The position numbers and the translations under genes are program-made. Shown in pieces: positions 28,621 to 39,500 of a stretch of DNA of 64,000 nucleotides. The notes under the pieces are model-generated. The model ran no database searches. It saw nothing but the letters and a program-made list of their open reading frames with translations, and was not told the origin of the DNA. Origin of the DNA: an uncultured Verrucomicrobiae bacterium (lineage in GTDB: Bacteria; Verrucomicrobiota; Verrucomicrobiia; Chthoniobacterales; UBA10450). The stretch's first letter is position 1. Each line of letters starts with the position of its first letter. The stretch is from NCBI GenBank assembly GCA_963815455.1, contig CAWFGO010000001.1, forward strand, positions 1,088,001-1,152,000. Reading direction: 5' to 3'.

Positions 28621-29862
28621 ATGAAACTCTCTAAATATATAATGGCGGGGATACTCGCCCTCACAATTGTGTCGAGCACATTTGCTCAGACCAAAATTTA
28701 CATCACGGGATCGACCGCCTTTCGGGCGACCGTGACACCCGCGATCACCGCGGTCCTGGCAGGCAGCCTAAGCATCGCCTACGATGGAAACACCGCAGGC
28801 GTGACTTCCCAAAACAACGCCAACGCCGTCACCTGGACCGGTGGAAACATCGGCGGAACAGCCGTGACCATTAAAGCGTCGTGGTCGGGTTCGGCAGGCG
28901 GCATCCAGACCGTGGCCGGAGCACCGACGTTCAACGTACGTTTTCTCCCGGACGGCGCCGTAGGATCGGCCAACAGCGATCCGAGGAATCCGGCCAACCC
29001 GGCCGAGTCGGCCGTGCCAGACATGGACATGAGCGACGCCTTCCAGGCTGCAACGCCGTTCCGCGGGACCTTTCAGGGTGTGACCTATTCCAATCTCGTC
29101 GATAACAACGTCGGTGTAGTGACATTTGTTTGGGCGGCGAGCAAGAACTTCCCGCTGGGCACCGGCAGCGGCACTTCCTCGTCCTATTCGATGACGCCGC
29201 AGTTGGCTCAGGCGCTGTATCCGGGCGGACTGATTCCTTTGTCCATGGTCACTGGACTTCCCGCCGATCATAATACCGGCGTGATCGCCACCGGCCGCGA
29301 CTTTGATTCCGGCACGCGAATCACTCAGGTAACTGAAAATGGGATTGGCGTAAGCACGTTGCTTTCCCAATACAAACCGACCGTTTCTGCCGGGGTCATT
29401 ACCCACCTGGAACTTTATCCGGTTACCACAATCAACGGCGTGAGCACGCAGGTTCCGGGCAATGGCGGCGAATCGAGCGGCAGCACCCTGCGAGGTTACC
29501 TCGTGAATACGATGGCTGTAGCTGCTGCTCAGGAAGTTGATTCGAGTCTAACCGGCGGTTTCCTGATGGCGTTTCTCGGCGTCAGCGATTACAACAACGT
29601 CTCGGCCAACGCCGTGAAGGTGCTTCACAACGGCAACGATTTTTCGCAACAAGGCGTGATGGAAGGTAAGTACACACTCTGGGGCTATGAGCATTTGCAA
29701 TACAAGTCCACCCTCGCCGGTATCAAGCTCACCTTCGCTACGAACTTGAAGAATCGGATTCTGACGTCCACCTCCGCGGAGCTGAATCCCAGTGTCGCTC
29801 TCAGCGACATGCAGGTCCAACGCTTCGCCGACGGCGGAACGATCTTCTCGCTGCTGCACTAG
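28621..29862 (+). CDS. Secreted PstS/DING-like substrate-binding-fold protein
   Basis: Signal peptide; YITGSTAF, GSAGG, MSD, GRDFDSGTR and GKYTLWGYE parallel the PstS motifs. Confidence 0.6.
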   Translation: MKLSKYIMAGILALTIVSSTFAQTKIYITGSTAFRATVTPAITAVLAGSLSIAYDGNTAGVTSQNNANAVTWTGGNIGGTAVTIKASWSGSAGGIQTVAGAPTFNVRFLPDGAVGSANSDPRNPANPAESAVPDMDMSDAFQAATPFRGTFQGVTYSNLVDNNVGVVTFVWAASKNFPLGTGSGTSSSYSMTPQLAQALYPGGLIPLSMVTGLPADHNTGVIATGRDFDSGTRITQVTENGIGVSTLLSQYKPTVSAGVITHLELYPVTTINGVSTQVPGNGGESSGSTLRGYLVNTMAVAAAQEVDSSLTGGFLMAFLGVSDYNNVSANAVKVLHNGNDFSQQGVMEGKYTLWGYEHLQYKSTLAGIKLTFATNLKNRILTSTSAELNPSVALSDMQVQRFADGGTIFSLLH

Positions 29863-29920
29863 GCTTTGTTAGGGAGGTAATTGATTCTTAATCCGACAAT
29901 AAGGGTTAGGGGCGTTAAGG

Positions 29921-29960
29921 GAAACGGCGCGGGCGGCAAGCCCGCGCCGTTTCTTCCTTT
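29921..29960 (+). terminator. Rho-independent terminator
   Basis: gaaacggcgcgggc-ggcaa-gcccgcgccgtttc followed by ttccttt. Confidence 0.8.
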
Positions 29961-29982
29961 AAGAAAGCAGAAAGCGTAAATC

Positions 29983-30552
29983 ATGAATATCTCCCGCCAT
30001 TTCCTGGTTCCTTTTCTAGGCATCGTTTTTTTGGGCGGCGCCGCTTTTATTTTTAGCGCCAGATCGGGCTCGACCAATGTTGAACAAGTCACAAGGCAAC
30101 CGATGCAGCCGGCTCCGGGTAATCTGGCTCAGGACTCGCTTGAACCGTCGATGCCACCGGAAAAATCGCGCGCTTTCACAGGGACAGAGGATTCATCTCT
30201 CGCTACCGTCGCTTTTGATACAACGCCAAACGAGGCGACGAGTGGTCCGCAACGCAATGGAGCATCCGCGATTGTCGAGGTGCCTGCGCCCGAGGCAAAT
30301 TATTCGCTGGTGAACAGCCGTTCCCTTGCCGATTCGACGCAATCGCAATCGCTCGCAGCGTCCGCGACGGCCGCGGCTCAAACGGCGCAACCAGCAATCA
30401 ATCCTTCGCTTGATCCGCAATCATCGGGTGTTACTCCGGGCGGCGTTCCGCGTCGCCAGGGTTTCACAGTGGAAGAGCAATGGTATCGGGCCTGGCACGG
30501 GTGGGCTTCGATCGACGCCTATCGCGAGGCGCAATCGAACGGAAGCCATTAG
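29983..30552 (+). CDS. Hypothetical protein with an N-terminal TM anchor
   Basis: N-terminal TM, low-complexity linker, aromatic C-terminal segment FTVEEQWYRAWHGW. Confidence 0.6.
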   Translation: MNISRHFLVPFLGIVFLGGAAFIFSARSGSTNVEQVTRQPMQPAPGNLAQDSLEPSMPPEKSRAFTGTEDSSLATVAFDTTPNEATSGPQRNGASAIVEVPAPEANYSLVNSRSLADSTQSQSLAASATAAAQTAQPAINPSLDPQSSGVTPGGVPRRQGFTVEEQWYRAWHGWASIDAYREAQSNGSH

Positions 30553-30592
30553 ATCCGTTCCGCGGCTGTCAAAGAAAACACCCGCGAGAAAT

Positions 30593-31474
30593 CTATCTTT
30601 CCCGCACCGGAGGAAACGACGTTGGTTGACGCATCTTGTTGCCGAGATCGCGAGCCAATCGTTCCGCTTCTTGAATCTGCGCCGGAGTCATTCCCTTTTT
30701 GATTTCCGGAAGCGGCACAGCGCCGGTGGCTTCGCCCTGGTCGGCGCTGAGTTTCAACCATGCGTAGGCCTGAACCAGATCTCGCGATTTGCCAGAGCCG
30801 CTGGCGTAAAGACGGCCGAGGTTCGCCTGGGCCTTGGCGTCGCCCTGCTCGGCTGCTTTTCGATACCAATCGATCGCCCGTTTCTCATCGCGCGCCACGC
30901 CGAACCCATGCTCAAACAAAAAGCCCAAACTGTTTTGGGCCGACGCGTTTCCAGCTGCCGCAGCTTTTCCCAGCCATTTCGCCGCTTCCGAGTAATTGCG
31001 GTCGCAGCTGTCCGCGCCAAAGAAATACAAGCGGCCCAAGTGAAGCTCCGCTTCGACGTAACCTTGCTCCGCCGCCTTTTGAAATAGCCGGACCGCCTCA
31101 CGACAATCCTTTTTCGTTCCGTTTCCCGATAGATACAGTTGCCCTGCCATATCCTGGGAAGCGGCGATTCCCTGATCGGCGGCTTTCTTGAACCAGGATA
31201 GAGCCGTCGTTGGATCCTTCTCCACCCCGAACCCTTGTAGATACATCATGCCGAGATTGTGCTGCGCCTTGGCATGTCCCTGGACAGCGGCGGCGCGAAA
31301 TAGTTCGACTGCCTTGGCCGCGTCCCGGGGCACTCCGCTGCCCTCGGCGTAAGCCAGCGCTTGCTCGAACTCAGCTTGGGCATCCTTGGTTGCGTTCTTC
31401 TCGATCTTGGATTCAGCAACCGTCCAGGCGATCGCGGCGGCGAGCAGGAGCAATGCAGTTCTGGTGTTGATCAT
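30593..31474 (-). CDS. Secreted Sel1-like repeat protein
   Basis: About 6 repeats of A(Q)xxLGxxYxxGxGVxxDxxxAxxW(F/Y)xKAAxQG; signal peptide; ATGA overlap with the upstream gene. Confidence 0.9.
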   Translation of the reverse strand: MINTRTALLLLAAAIAWTVAESKIEKNATKDAQAEFEQALAYAEGSGVPRDAAKAVELFRAAAVQGHAKAQHNLGMMYLQGFGVEKDPTTALSWFKKAADQGIAASQDMAGQLYLSGNGTKKDCREAVRLFQKAAEQGYVEAELHLGRLYFFGADSCDRNYSEAAKWLGKAAAAGNASAQNSLGFLFEHGFGVARDEKRAIDWYRKAAEQGDAKAQANLGRLYASGSGKSRDLVQAYAWLKLSADQGEATGAVPLPEIKKGMTPAQIQEAERLARDLGNKMRQPTSFPPVRER

Positions 31475-32746
31475 GGCCGTTTGGCGCGAAGTGCGCCGTT
31501 AAGGTTTGCCCGGGCCTCGGCATAGTCCGGCTTCAACTTTAGGGCCTGCTGGTATTCGCCAATCGCGCGATCGATCTGACCCAACAGAAAGAGCGCGCCA
31601 GCCAGATTGTTGTGCGCCACCGGCGAACCCGGGTCGAGCTTTACCGCGCGCCCGAACTGGACCTTTGCTTCTTCAACGCGATTCAGCTTGAAGTAGAGCG
31701 CGCCGAGATTTTGATGTGCATCGAAGTAATTCGGATCGAGCCGTAGTGCCCTTGAATATTCCTCGATCGCCGGGTCGATCTGTCCCGTTTGTTCCAAGGC
31801 CACGCCGAGATTGCCATGGGCCGCGGCAAATTCGGGGTCACGTTGGATTGCCTTTCGAAAAAGATCGGCGGCTTCGGCAAAGTGATTCAAATTCTCGAAA
31901 ACGACGCCGGCTTCGAAATACGGTTTCCCGGCGCTCGGATTGAGTCGGATCGCCTCGTCGAGTTCGTCGATCGCGGCTTCATAGTTGCCGGTTTTTTCAA
32001 AAGCGGTTCCCAAAGCAAGACGGGCATCGGCGTAATGCGGGGCCAACTCAACCGCAGTTTTCAATTCCCGAAGACCTTCATCCGATCGATGTCGATCCAA
32101 CAGCGCGATGCCGAGATTCATGTGCGCCACCGGATTTTTGCCCGTGACCGCAATTGTGTGCCGAAAAAGAGTTTCACTGTCGTGCCAGACGCCGATCTGG
32201 CGTTGCGTCAGCGCCGTGCAACCGATCAACACCAGAATCGACATCGATGCGACAGCCGGCTTCTGCCAGGAGCGATTTCTCGTAAGATCGAAAAAGCTCC
32301 AGACCACGACAATCGCCAGGCCGATCGACGGAAGATACGTGTAACGATCGGCCATTGATTGCGCACCGACCTGCACGAGACCGATCACGGGAATGAGCAT
32401 TCCGACGAACCAGAACCAGCCCACGAAAAACCCGGGATGCGCGTGCCGAAAATGCAACGCTGCGATTGAAATTGCGATCAGCAAACAGCCGGCGCCGATG
32501 ATCGACAGTAACGGCCAGTAAACCGGATGCGGATAAAACGCGGCCAGATTTATGGGAACGAAAAACTTCCCGAGATATCGAACGTAGGAGATGAGCGCGT
32601 TGCCCAGTCGAGCGTCGATCGGATAAATTGCGATTGTCTTTACCGCACCGACACTCGTCTGGACGATCAGCGTGATCGCGCCGACGACTGTGGCGAGGAC
32701 GAAGAAGGGAAGCTTTTCAATTAGCAGCGCTGACAGCGAACGCGCC

Positions 32747-32829
32747 GTCATTCCGAGCGAAGTCGAGGAATCCCGTGGAGAAAGCTTTAAGGTAACTCCG
32801 CGGGATCCTTCGACTTCGCTCAGGATGAC
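32747..32829. repeat. Family-A palindromic element inserted in frame inside a CDS
   Basis: gtcattccgagcgaagtcgaggaatcccgtggag ... ctccgcgggatccttcgacttcgctcaggatgac. Confidence 0.9.
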
Positions 32830-33462
32830 ACTGCCTGCACGTTGCAACGGCCAATAGTCGAGCAACAACATGACGAAAGGCAGCGTGACGAGCATCGACT
32901 TGCTCATGAGACCCAGCGCGAAACAGACGAGCCCCGCACCGTAATAGATCGCTGGAGAGCGTTTCGTTCGAGACAGACAACTGTCAGTTTGACCGCTTAA
33001 AGCGGTCAAACTCCAAAGCGCATAAAACAAGAGGGTGAGCACGGCAAAGAATGCGGCGAGCACATCTTTGCGTTCGCAAATCCAGGCGACCGATTCGACC
33101 CGGAGTGGATGCAATCCGAAAATGGCGGCCAGCACGAAGCTGCGGCCAAGCGCGCCGGTCATTTTCCAAAACAATAAGAAACAACAGGGCTGTTGTCAGC
33201 GCGTGCAGCAGAATGCTTGTGAAATGGTGACCGATCGGGCTTTGCCCAAATAGCGTGGAGTCGAGCATGTGCGAAAGCCACGTGACCGGATGCCAATTGG
33301 CGGCGTGGTCTGTTCGAAACGCCCATGACACATTTTCCCAGGTCAACCCCTGTCGAACCCGCGAATTGGAGGTCACGTAATCCGGATCGTCGTAGTTAAC
33401 GAAATCGTTTCGGAGCGCAGGAGAAAAGACGGCGAGGACGAGGGCGAACAGGAGGATCGACA

Positions 33463-33556
33463 GGAGCACAGGCATCCTGCCCGGTGAATAATCCTCAAGA
33501 CGCGAGTGGGCAGGCGAGACGCCCGCCCGCCCCACAGGCAAGATGCCTGTGCTACC
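33463..33556. repeat. Palindromic element (family B) in the 5' coding region of the TMTC-like gene
   Basis: ggagcacaggcatcctgcc ... gcaggcgagacgcccgcccgccccacaggcaagatgcctgtgctacc; near-copy at 63974-64000. Confidence 0.75.
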
Positions 33557-33582
33557 ACCAATCGTTCCAACCTCGTTCGACA

Positions 33583-36500
33583 TCAGAACGAGCCGTCTTG
33601 GGATTTTTTTGGCGGGAGCTGCGACAAGCGAACAGTGTTTTCGTCAGCCGATGACTGGGGCTGATCTTCTTGTTCCTGTTCCTTTTTCTTTTTCTTGCGC
33701 TTCTCGTCGTCGTTCTCTTCTTCGCCGCCGCCGTAACCGATCACTTCAACAGAGATAATTGACGGAACGTCCTCCTGGGGAGCTGGAGCGGTCTGACCCG
33801 CGAGCTGTTGAGCCGCGGTGCTGGCCGCGCCGGTTGCATTCGAGGCAACGGCCAAGCCACCGAGGTTGGGGGCGGCAACGGCCGGAACGCCCGCGCTGGA
33901 GCCGCCCACCTGAATGTTGCTCGAGTTAAGGACGATCACCGCGGCCAGGTTCAGATTACCCGATACGCGAATGCCCGCATCACCGGCATCGATCGTTCCG
34001 TTCGGCGCGATTAGATCGACATCGGCCGGCGGAACACCGGCCACCGTTTCGAGTACGCCAATGCCGCCGCCGGTGGCGAGTCCGGCCAGATCGGTTTGCA
34101 CGTCAGCGCTCTGCGGATCGATCAGGACGCGCGTGGGCGGGGCCGATTGTACAGTCTTGGAGGAAGCACCGGCCGCGATGTCGCCGAATGAGGACCAGAT
34201 CATTTCGTTCCCGCCGCGCAATGTAAATATACGGGACGTGCCGACGTTGACGCTGTTGTGAGTGAAGATCGAGATGTTGCCGCCGTGTTCGGTGAGAATG
34301 CCTTGATCGAGCGCGTTGCCGCCCACGGTCAATCCAACAGTCAACTGGCCACCTGGAGCGAAGATGTCGATGTTGCCGCCGTTCCTGGTTTTGATTTCGC
34401 GGGACGTTAACGAAATATCGCCGCGCCAGCTTACGCTCTCGGGAAAGAGCGCCGCGATGGCGGCGAATCCGTCGTCGAATCTTCCGAAGTTGAGACTGCC
34501 CGGGTCGTTGCGGTCGCGGCCGGAATTGCGCAGCACCAGGTAGAAAATATCGAGCGCGAGCGCGTCCTGTTGTTCGTCGGGCAATAATTGGAACTGCTTC
34601 CAGATATGGGCATTTGTCGCTCCAGTCAGGCCTAGCAGCTTGCCCAGCTCCGGTAGATAGCGGTCGGCCTGATCGCCGGCCGTATTAGGATTGAGAAATT
34701 GGGATTCGAACGCGGCGAAATCGAGATTGCTCTGCGATAATCCGCTGGAAATTCCAATGCCGGCGCCGGCGATGATGTTGGCTCCTTCAAATGGAAGATA
34801 AGGATTTCGTCCGTTGCCGATACTGACCAAGCCAACCGCGGTGCCATCGGCATTGTTCGGCCCGACGCCCAGGTCGAAATTGCGTCCGGCCAGCACTTCG
34901 ATCGTTCCCGGCCCGCTAATCTGAATATCGCCATCTGCCGGCGGACTATCGGTCAAATTGCCGGGCGCATTCGCCAGCAGGCGCAGCGCGGAACTCGGAT
35001 CGTAGGCGACGAGATCGCGACCAGCGGCGACGAGGCTGATGTCGTCGATGCTGACGTTCTGGATGTAAAACGCGATGTCGGTAATGTCGCGTCCGGCAAC
35101 GATCCGGGCCGCCTTCCCAGTAAACAAAGTGAACCCGGAGATATCGCCGCTGCCGGCGTAAAGATGAATCGGGTCGGGATCGTTTAGGTGAAGCGGTCCG
35201 GGCGCGTGAAGTGCCTGTTTGTTTTGCAGTACACCGGCGGCTCCCTGGGTCGAGCCGGTTTCCGCGAAAAACGCCGAAAGTCCGTTGAGAAAATCGGTCG
35301 TGCTCGACGAATTGAGCGGTCGCGAACTGGGCACCGCAAGCGTACTGCGGTAGGCAAATGGTGTCGTAAGCGCCGGTAGGCGGTTCGGGTCTGCGTCGGA
35401 AAGATTAATTCGGCTCGGAATCCATACCGTATCAGCATTTCCGAACACACCATCGGGCTGAAGTCCGTTTATCCCGCCTCGAGCGACAAGATCGACAGTG
35501 CCAATTGCCGCCGGAAACAGCGTCAGGCCGCCCTGGACATTTAGATCGCCGGCGAAAGCGGTCACGCGCATCGCAGGCGCCAACAGAGACAGGACTGTCG
35601 GAAAAGCGGTAACGTTCGTTTCGTCCAACCGCAGCCACGGCTGAACCCACGAAGGGCGCGCATTGCCGGAAAAAAGTAGTACCCGATCGAACCACGCCTG
35701 CAAAACGGGCAGTATCGAGCCATCATTCAGCGTAACAGTTTGCCGGAGGTTCACATCGCCGGTAAGCGACTCCGCGGTGACTCTGGACGACGCCGCGTAG
35801 GTAGAGAAGTAGGTCTTGTACCAATAGGAATTGTTTATACCGCCAGGCAGAAGAAATGGATTCGCCACCGGACCGAGAAGCAAATCTCCCCCGGCCGCGA
35901 CATCGAAACTTCCCTTGCCCACGAACAATGTCGTCGGAAGCCAGGTTTCCTCTGCCAGGACGCCGCCGATCGGATCGAGATTTCCGAGTGAGGGCGAGCG
36001 GGAAGCATTTGTCCGAATCTCGTTGCCCGCCACGAGCGACCCGTGGCCGCGTTCGACATAATATGCGCCGCCATCGAGGTTGTTGCCGGCGCGGACGATC
36101 ACGTCGCCGCCACCCAGCTCGACCAGGCTAGACGCATTCGGCACGACGCCCGGCATTCGGGCATTGGTCGGCGCGACCGCATCGATATTGCGCACGTCGT
36201 GTCCCGCGGTAAGCGAAACATTCCCTCCGCCCAACGCACCGACGCCCTCAAAAAAATTGCTGAAGTCGATCCACCATGTCGTTGACCCAATGTCGTTGGT
36301 ACCGTTTCCGGTTACCTGTCCAAAAAGGCCCGTGCTTGGATCGACAAACCCGCGCCGGTATAGCCAGTTGGCCGGAAGTTCGCGCGAGGAATCATCCACC
36401 ACTTGCCCGGCGATTTGTGTTTGATGAATGATATCGCCCCGCGCGGCGATGGTGATATTTCCGCCCGCCAAACTGTACTGTGCCGGATACGCGGGGGTCT

Positions 36501-39500
36501 GCTGGGCTATCCCAAGCGGAGAGAAGGCATTCTGACCAGCAAAATTCGGAACCGGAACGTCAAACATACCGCCAAGGCCAGGATCCGCCACTTGCGTGCC
36601 AGCGGTGTAGATGGTGGCAAGCTGATTCAACAGTCTCACATCGCGACCGGCCGCAATATCGATGTCCCCCGAGCCGGTTCGGATAACCTGATAGCGCGTC
36701 GCTGCGACCGTCGAAGTCAATGCGCCGCCCCCGCCGTTTGAAACCGTATTGACGCCATAATCTTTGCCTAACAGAACTGAGCCGCTGTTCGGTCCGAGGA
36801 TCGACATCGGCTGGACCTGATGGAAATCGGCGGCGCCCAAATCCGCGCCCGCCGCGAGATGGAACGACCACGATTGTTCGTTCGCGGGCAACAGCGGATT
36901 CTGTATGAGAAGCGAGGAGTTGTAGGCGCTCGAATCGAATCCGTCGCTCAGGGCATTGTAGAAGACGATATTGCCGGCGGCCCGCAATGTGAGCTGCCCC
37001 GGCGCGCTATTCGGCCCGAACCGGTAGGTCGATAAATTCCAATCGCTGCTTGAACTCGAGCCTGTAGAACCGAGAGTGAGGTCGCCGGTTCTATTAATGA
37101 TTTCCGCTCCGGCTTCGATGATGGCGACGGGGACCAGGCCCTGATTATTGGCGAATAGCCGGTTCAACATCGCTGTGTAATTGCCGGTCGTTGTCCCTGC
37201 CGGACCGACAAATGTGTTCCCGTTAGTCAGGATCATGTTTTGCACCGTCGAATTAAGCGCCCCGCTGCCGGTGAGATCGAAAAGCTTGTAGCCCTCCACC
37301 ACAATCTTCGACGGATCGATGATCGTGGCGTTGATTGGATTGACCTGCAGATCGCTGCTATCGGCCAACTGCGGCGCGCGCAGGTGCAGCGAACCGGTGA
37401 AATCGCCGAGTGCTGCAATGGCGATCACCGAGAGATCGATTGTCGATCCCGTTTGAAGATCGAGAACCGCGCTCGAATCGAAGATGCCATTGATTTGCGA
37501 TCCGGCGGCGAGCGAAACGGCGCCACCTTTCCCGGCCGAATCGAACTCCTGCGCCGCGACGGTGAGAAGAGCGCCGGATGGCAAGACGAGACTGCCGCTG
37601 GCGTTGAGATCGATCGATCCGCCAGTCACGCCGGAGGCGTCGATGGTTCCGGAAACGGTGATCGAACCTTGATCGGTCGAAAGATTGAAGTCGTGACTGG
37701 TCGCGGTGCCGTCCACGAGCACATCGCCATTTCGGACTCGAATCGAGCGCGACTCGTTGAATGCGGCGGCGTTGAGAATTGAACTCAAAGAGCCGAGCGC
37801 CGGCAAACTTCCAACATCGAGGACAAATGTTCCGTTTCGACCATTCGTGCCGCCAGCGCCGTTCAATGTTGCATTATTATCGACAATGAATGATCCGTTA
37901 GGCGTGCTGACCGAGAGAATCCCGGCATTGCCGCCCCCGGGCTGGGCGCCAACGTTGATCGAGCCATTTGCCCCGATATTCACCGAGCCCTGATCGGCTA
38001 CCAGATTCACCTGCCCGCCGCTGGTGTATTTGACCAGATCGAAGAACGTCTGAGCGGTGCCGCCGACATCGATGCTAGTTGTAGAGAGATTGCCAACCGT
38101 CACGTCGCCACTGGTTGCGTGAAGGGTCAGCGCGCCGCTGGGCAGGACGATGTCGATGTTATCGGCAATGCTCGAACCCGAAATATTCAGGCTCGCGCCC
38201 AGGCCACTCGTCGGAGCGGGCGACGCGCCGGCCAGCGGTTGCAGATCGACCATGCCGGTGGCGGAAATTGTCTGCGACGCTCTCTGGGCTCCGACGATTA
38301 CAGGAGCGGCAATCGTCAGATCGCCCTGGATTGCAGTTCCGCCTGCCCCCTGCAGCAAAACCTTTTCCGAAGCGTTCAACACTACATTCGCGAACTGATC
38401 GATGTTCAATTGATTAGCGCCCAATTGAATCGTCGCGGCATCGAATTGCAGTGTACCGTTTTGGCCGGCCACTGGTCCCGGCACAGTCGCGTTGGCCGAA
38501 TTATCGAGGGTGATTGTTTGACCGACGAAATCGACCACGCCGCCATTGTTGAATCCGCGAATCTCGCCAGCGTGCAGGGCAAGACTGTTCGCCGCGGTGA
38601 GCGTGCCGGTGCCATAGATATCGATCGACGAATAACTCAGCAGCGAAAGGGCATCGACCGATTGCAGATTTTCCAGAGCAACGCCAGACAGAATAAGACC
38701 CGACGTGCCCTGCGGCATCGCGCCGTCGGGCAATTGGATACTGATCTGGCCGCTTCCGAGATTCACGGCCGAGCCGGAAAGAACGGCCGTCGGGTCTAAC
38801 GAAGTAGCGAAGGTGGAGTCTAGGGTAACGCTCGTGCCGGAAATGATCGCATTCGCGCCAATGTTTTCGTGCGGGACGTTGGACGAAGTGATGCTTACCC
38901 GAGTAAACTGCGCTAACGGATCTGCGCTTACTCGCAACAACACTCCGTTGCCGCTGCCGGCCACGGCGGGATCGCCTAACAGGAGCGAATCAGCCGAGGT
39001 GAGCGAGCCGATCGCTTCAATGTCGGCGTTGTCGGCCAGAGTCAAACTTTGGTTCGCCACCACAATGACATCCGGCCCGGTCAGCGGCGCGCCGGCATTA
39101 TCCACCGTAATGTTGTTGGTCGTGACGGTGACGGGCGTTCCATCGGAAGTGGTGCCGCCGCGGAATCCGCCGATCAACAGACTTTCCGCGCCGAACCCGC
39201 TTAGGCCGGATGAATCCAAAACCAGTTCGCCGCCATTGCCGACAACGCCCGGCCCGGCAATCAGGATGTCCAGCGGGCTGCTGATATCGACGAGACCGCC
39301 CCGGCCACCCGTCGGCGCCTGAGACAAAAGCGAGCCGAAGATCGACATGGTCTGGGTTGCGTCGAAGAGCACATGCCCGGAATCGATCGGCAACCGCTGA
39401 ACGGCCAGGCCGCGATCGAGCGCGTTCTGGCGGAGAAAGGCGTTGGCGAAGAAATCGATATATTCGGCCCTGTTCCGCACCACTTTTTGCGACGCGACCT

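Larger units (their letters stand above)
31471..33583 (-). pseudogene. TMTC-like membrane glycosyltransferase (GT-C) with TPR repeats, +1 frameshift near 33173 (possibly a sequencing error)
   Basis: N-terminal FVNYDD, NWHPVTWLSH; then HPLRVESVAWICERKD, MSKSM, ADRYTY, W..SETLF and TPRs in the next frame. Confidence 0.8.

Noticed and set aside
33583..34000. Contact-dependent inhibition (CdiA toxin plus immunity gene)
   Set aside because: No VENN/ELYN pre-toxin motif or toxin domain; the C-terminus is DUF3739-like and the next gene is a large membrane glycosyltransferase
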